A DNA stretch of 63,966 nucleotides, filler included, from Octopus bimaculoides (Eukaryota), in the NCBI RefSeq assembly GCF_001194135.2. It is 6 parts of 6 records of this genome, joined end to end, with 100 filler letters (N's around TTAATTAATTAA, not from the genome) between each part and the next. Parts side by side here need not be neighbours in the genome. Positions count along the whole stretch, not along the records: positions 62,775 to 63,966 come from NW_026346506.1; 5 more parts are not named here. One strand, 5' to 3'. Shown here in pieces: positions 63,512-63,966 of this stretch. The first letter of the stretch is position 1. The number at the start of each line of letters is the position of its first letter. The notes beneath the pieces were generated by a model. The model was given only the letters and a program-made list of their open reading frames with translations, had not been told where the DNA came from and made no database searches. A program made the translations under genes and the position numbers.

Positions 63512-63966
63512 TATTGGGTCATCCCATAAATAAAGGGGTTTTTTTCAATTTTTTGAACTACAAGTCGAAGGGGGACAGGATAAACTACCTCTATTAACTT
63601 GCTATAAAAGCAGGTAGTAATTTCACCTTGTACTTATTCTTAGTGNNNNNNNNNNNNNNNNNNNNNNNNNNNNNNNNNNNNNNNNNNNNNNNNNNNNNNN
63701 NNNNNNNNNNNNNNNNNNNNNNNNNNNNNNNNNCTTTATGAGTTCAAGAAAGGCAACAACGCAATGGAAAGTGCAAGGAATATTAATGCAGTATGTGAGG
63801 ATCGGACAATAAGCATAAGCCAGTGTCAACGGTGGTTCCAGAAATTCTGAGCTTGACAAGGATGTTCTGCAAACCCTGATGGAACAAAATCCCATTGTAA
63901 CTGTTGAGGAACAAGCAGAGAAGCTTGGAGTTGGTAATTCGAGCATTCATTGACACCTGCATGCCA
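63512..63966 (+). mobile_element. mariner transposon 5' part (runs off the window)
   Basis: TIR-like tattgggtcatcccataaa; LYEFKKGNNAMESARNINAV...QCQRWFQKF...VLQTLMEQNPIVTVEE. Confidence 0.8.

Overview
Repeat-dense eukaryotic genomic DNA from a gapped draft assembly. It has many N runs, and five TTAATTAATTAA six-frame-stop linkers sit inside gaps. The SINE families, RTE/Tc1-mariner content and extreme microsatellite density point to a coleoid cephalopod, most likely Octopus; this is inferred from recalled repeat families, not a database search. Most listed ORFs are microsatellite or transposon artefacts. Supported content: dozens of tRNA-derived CORE-like SINE copies (three main families), a (TAA)n-associated ~580 bp element, RTE, CR1-like, Tx1-like and R4/Dong-like LINE fragments, a full-length decayed Tc1 (DD34E, both TIRs), two mariners, foldback MITEs (one family carrying TTAGGG repeats), a Helentron/HINE-like fragment, and decayed minimal hammerhead-ribozyme motifs of Penelope type. 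The best host-gene candidate is a two-coding-exon gene (58414-58605 + 62196-62270) that would encode an 88 aa secreted prepropeptide ending in a cationic CC-C-C peptide, preceded by a diverged ~0.9 kb tandem duplication. A weaker minus-strand spliced transcript is also possible. No host gene could be named by homology.
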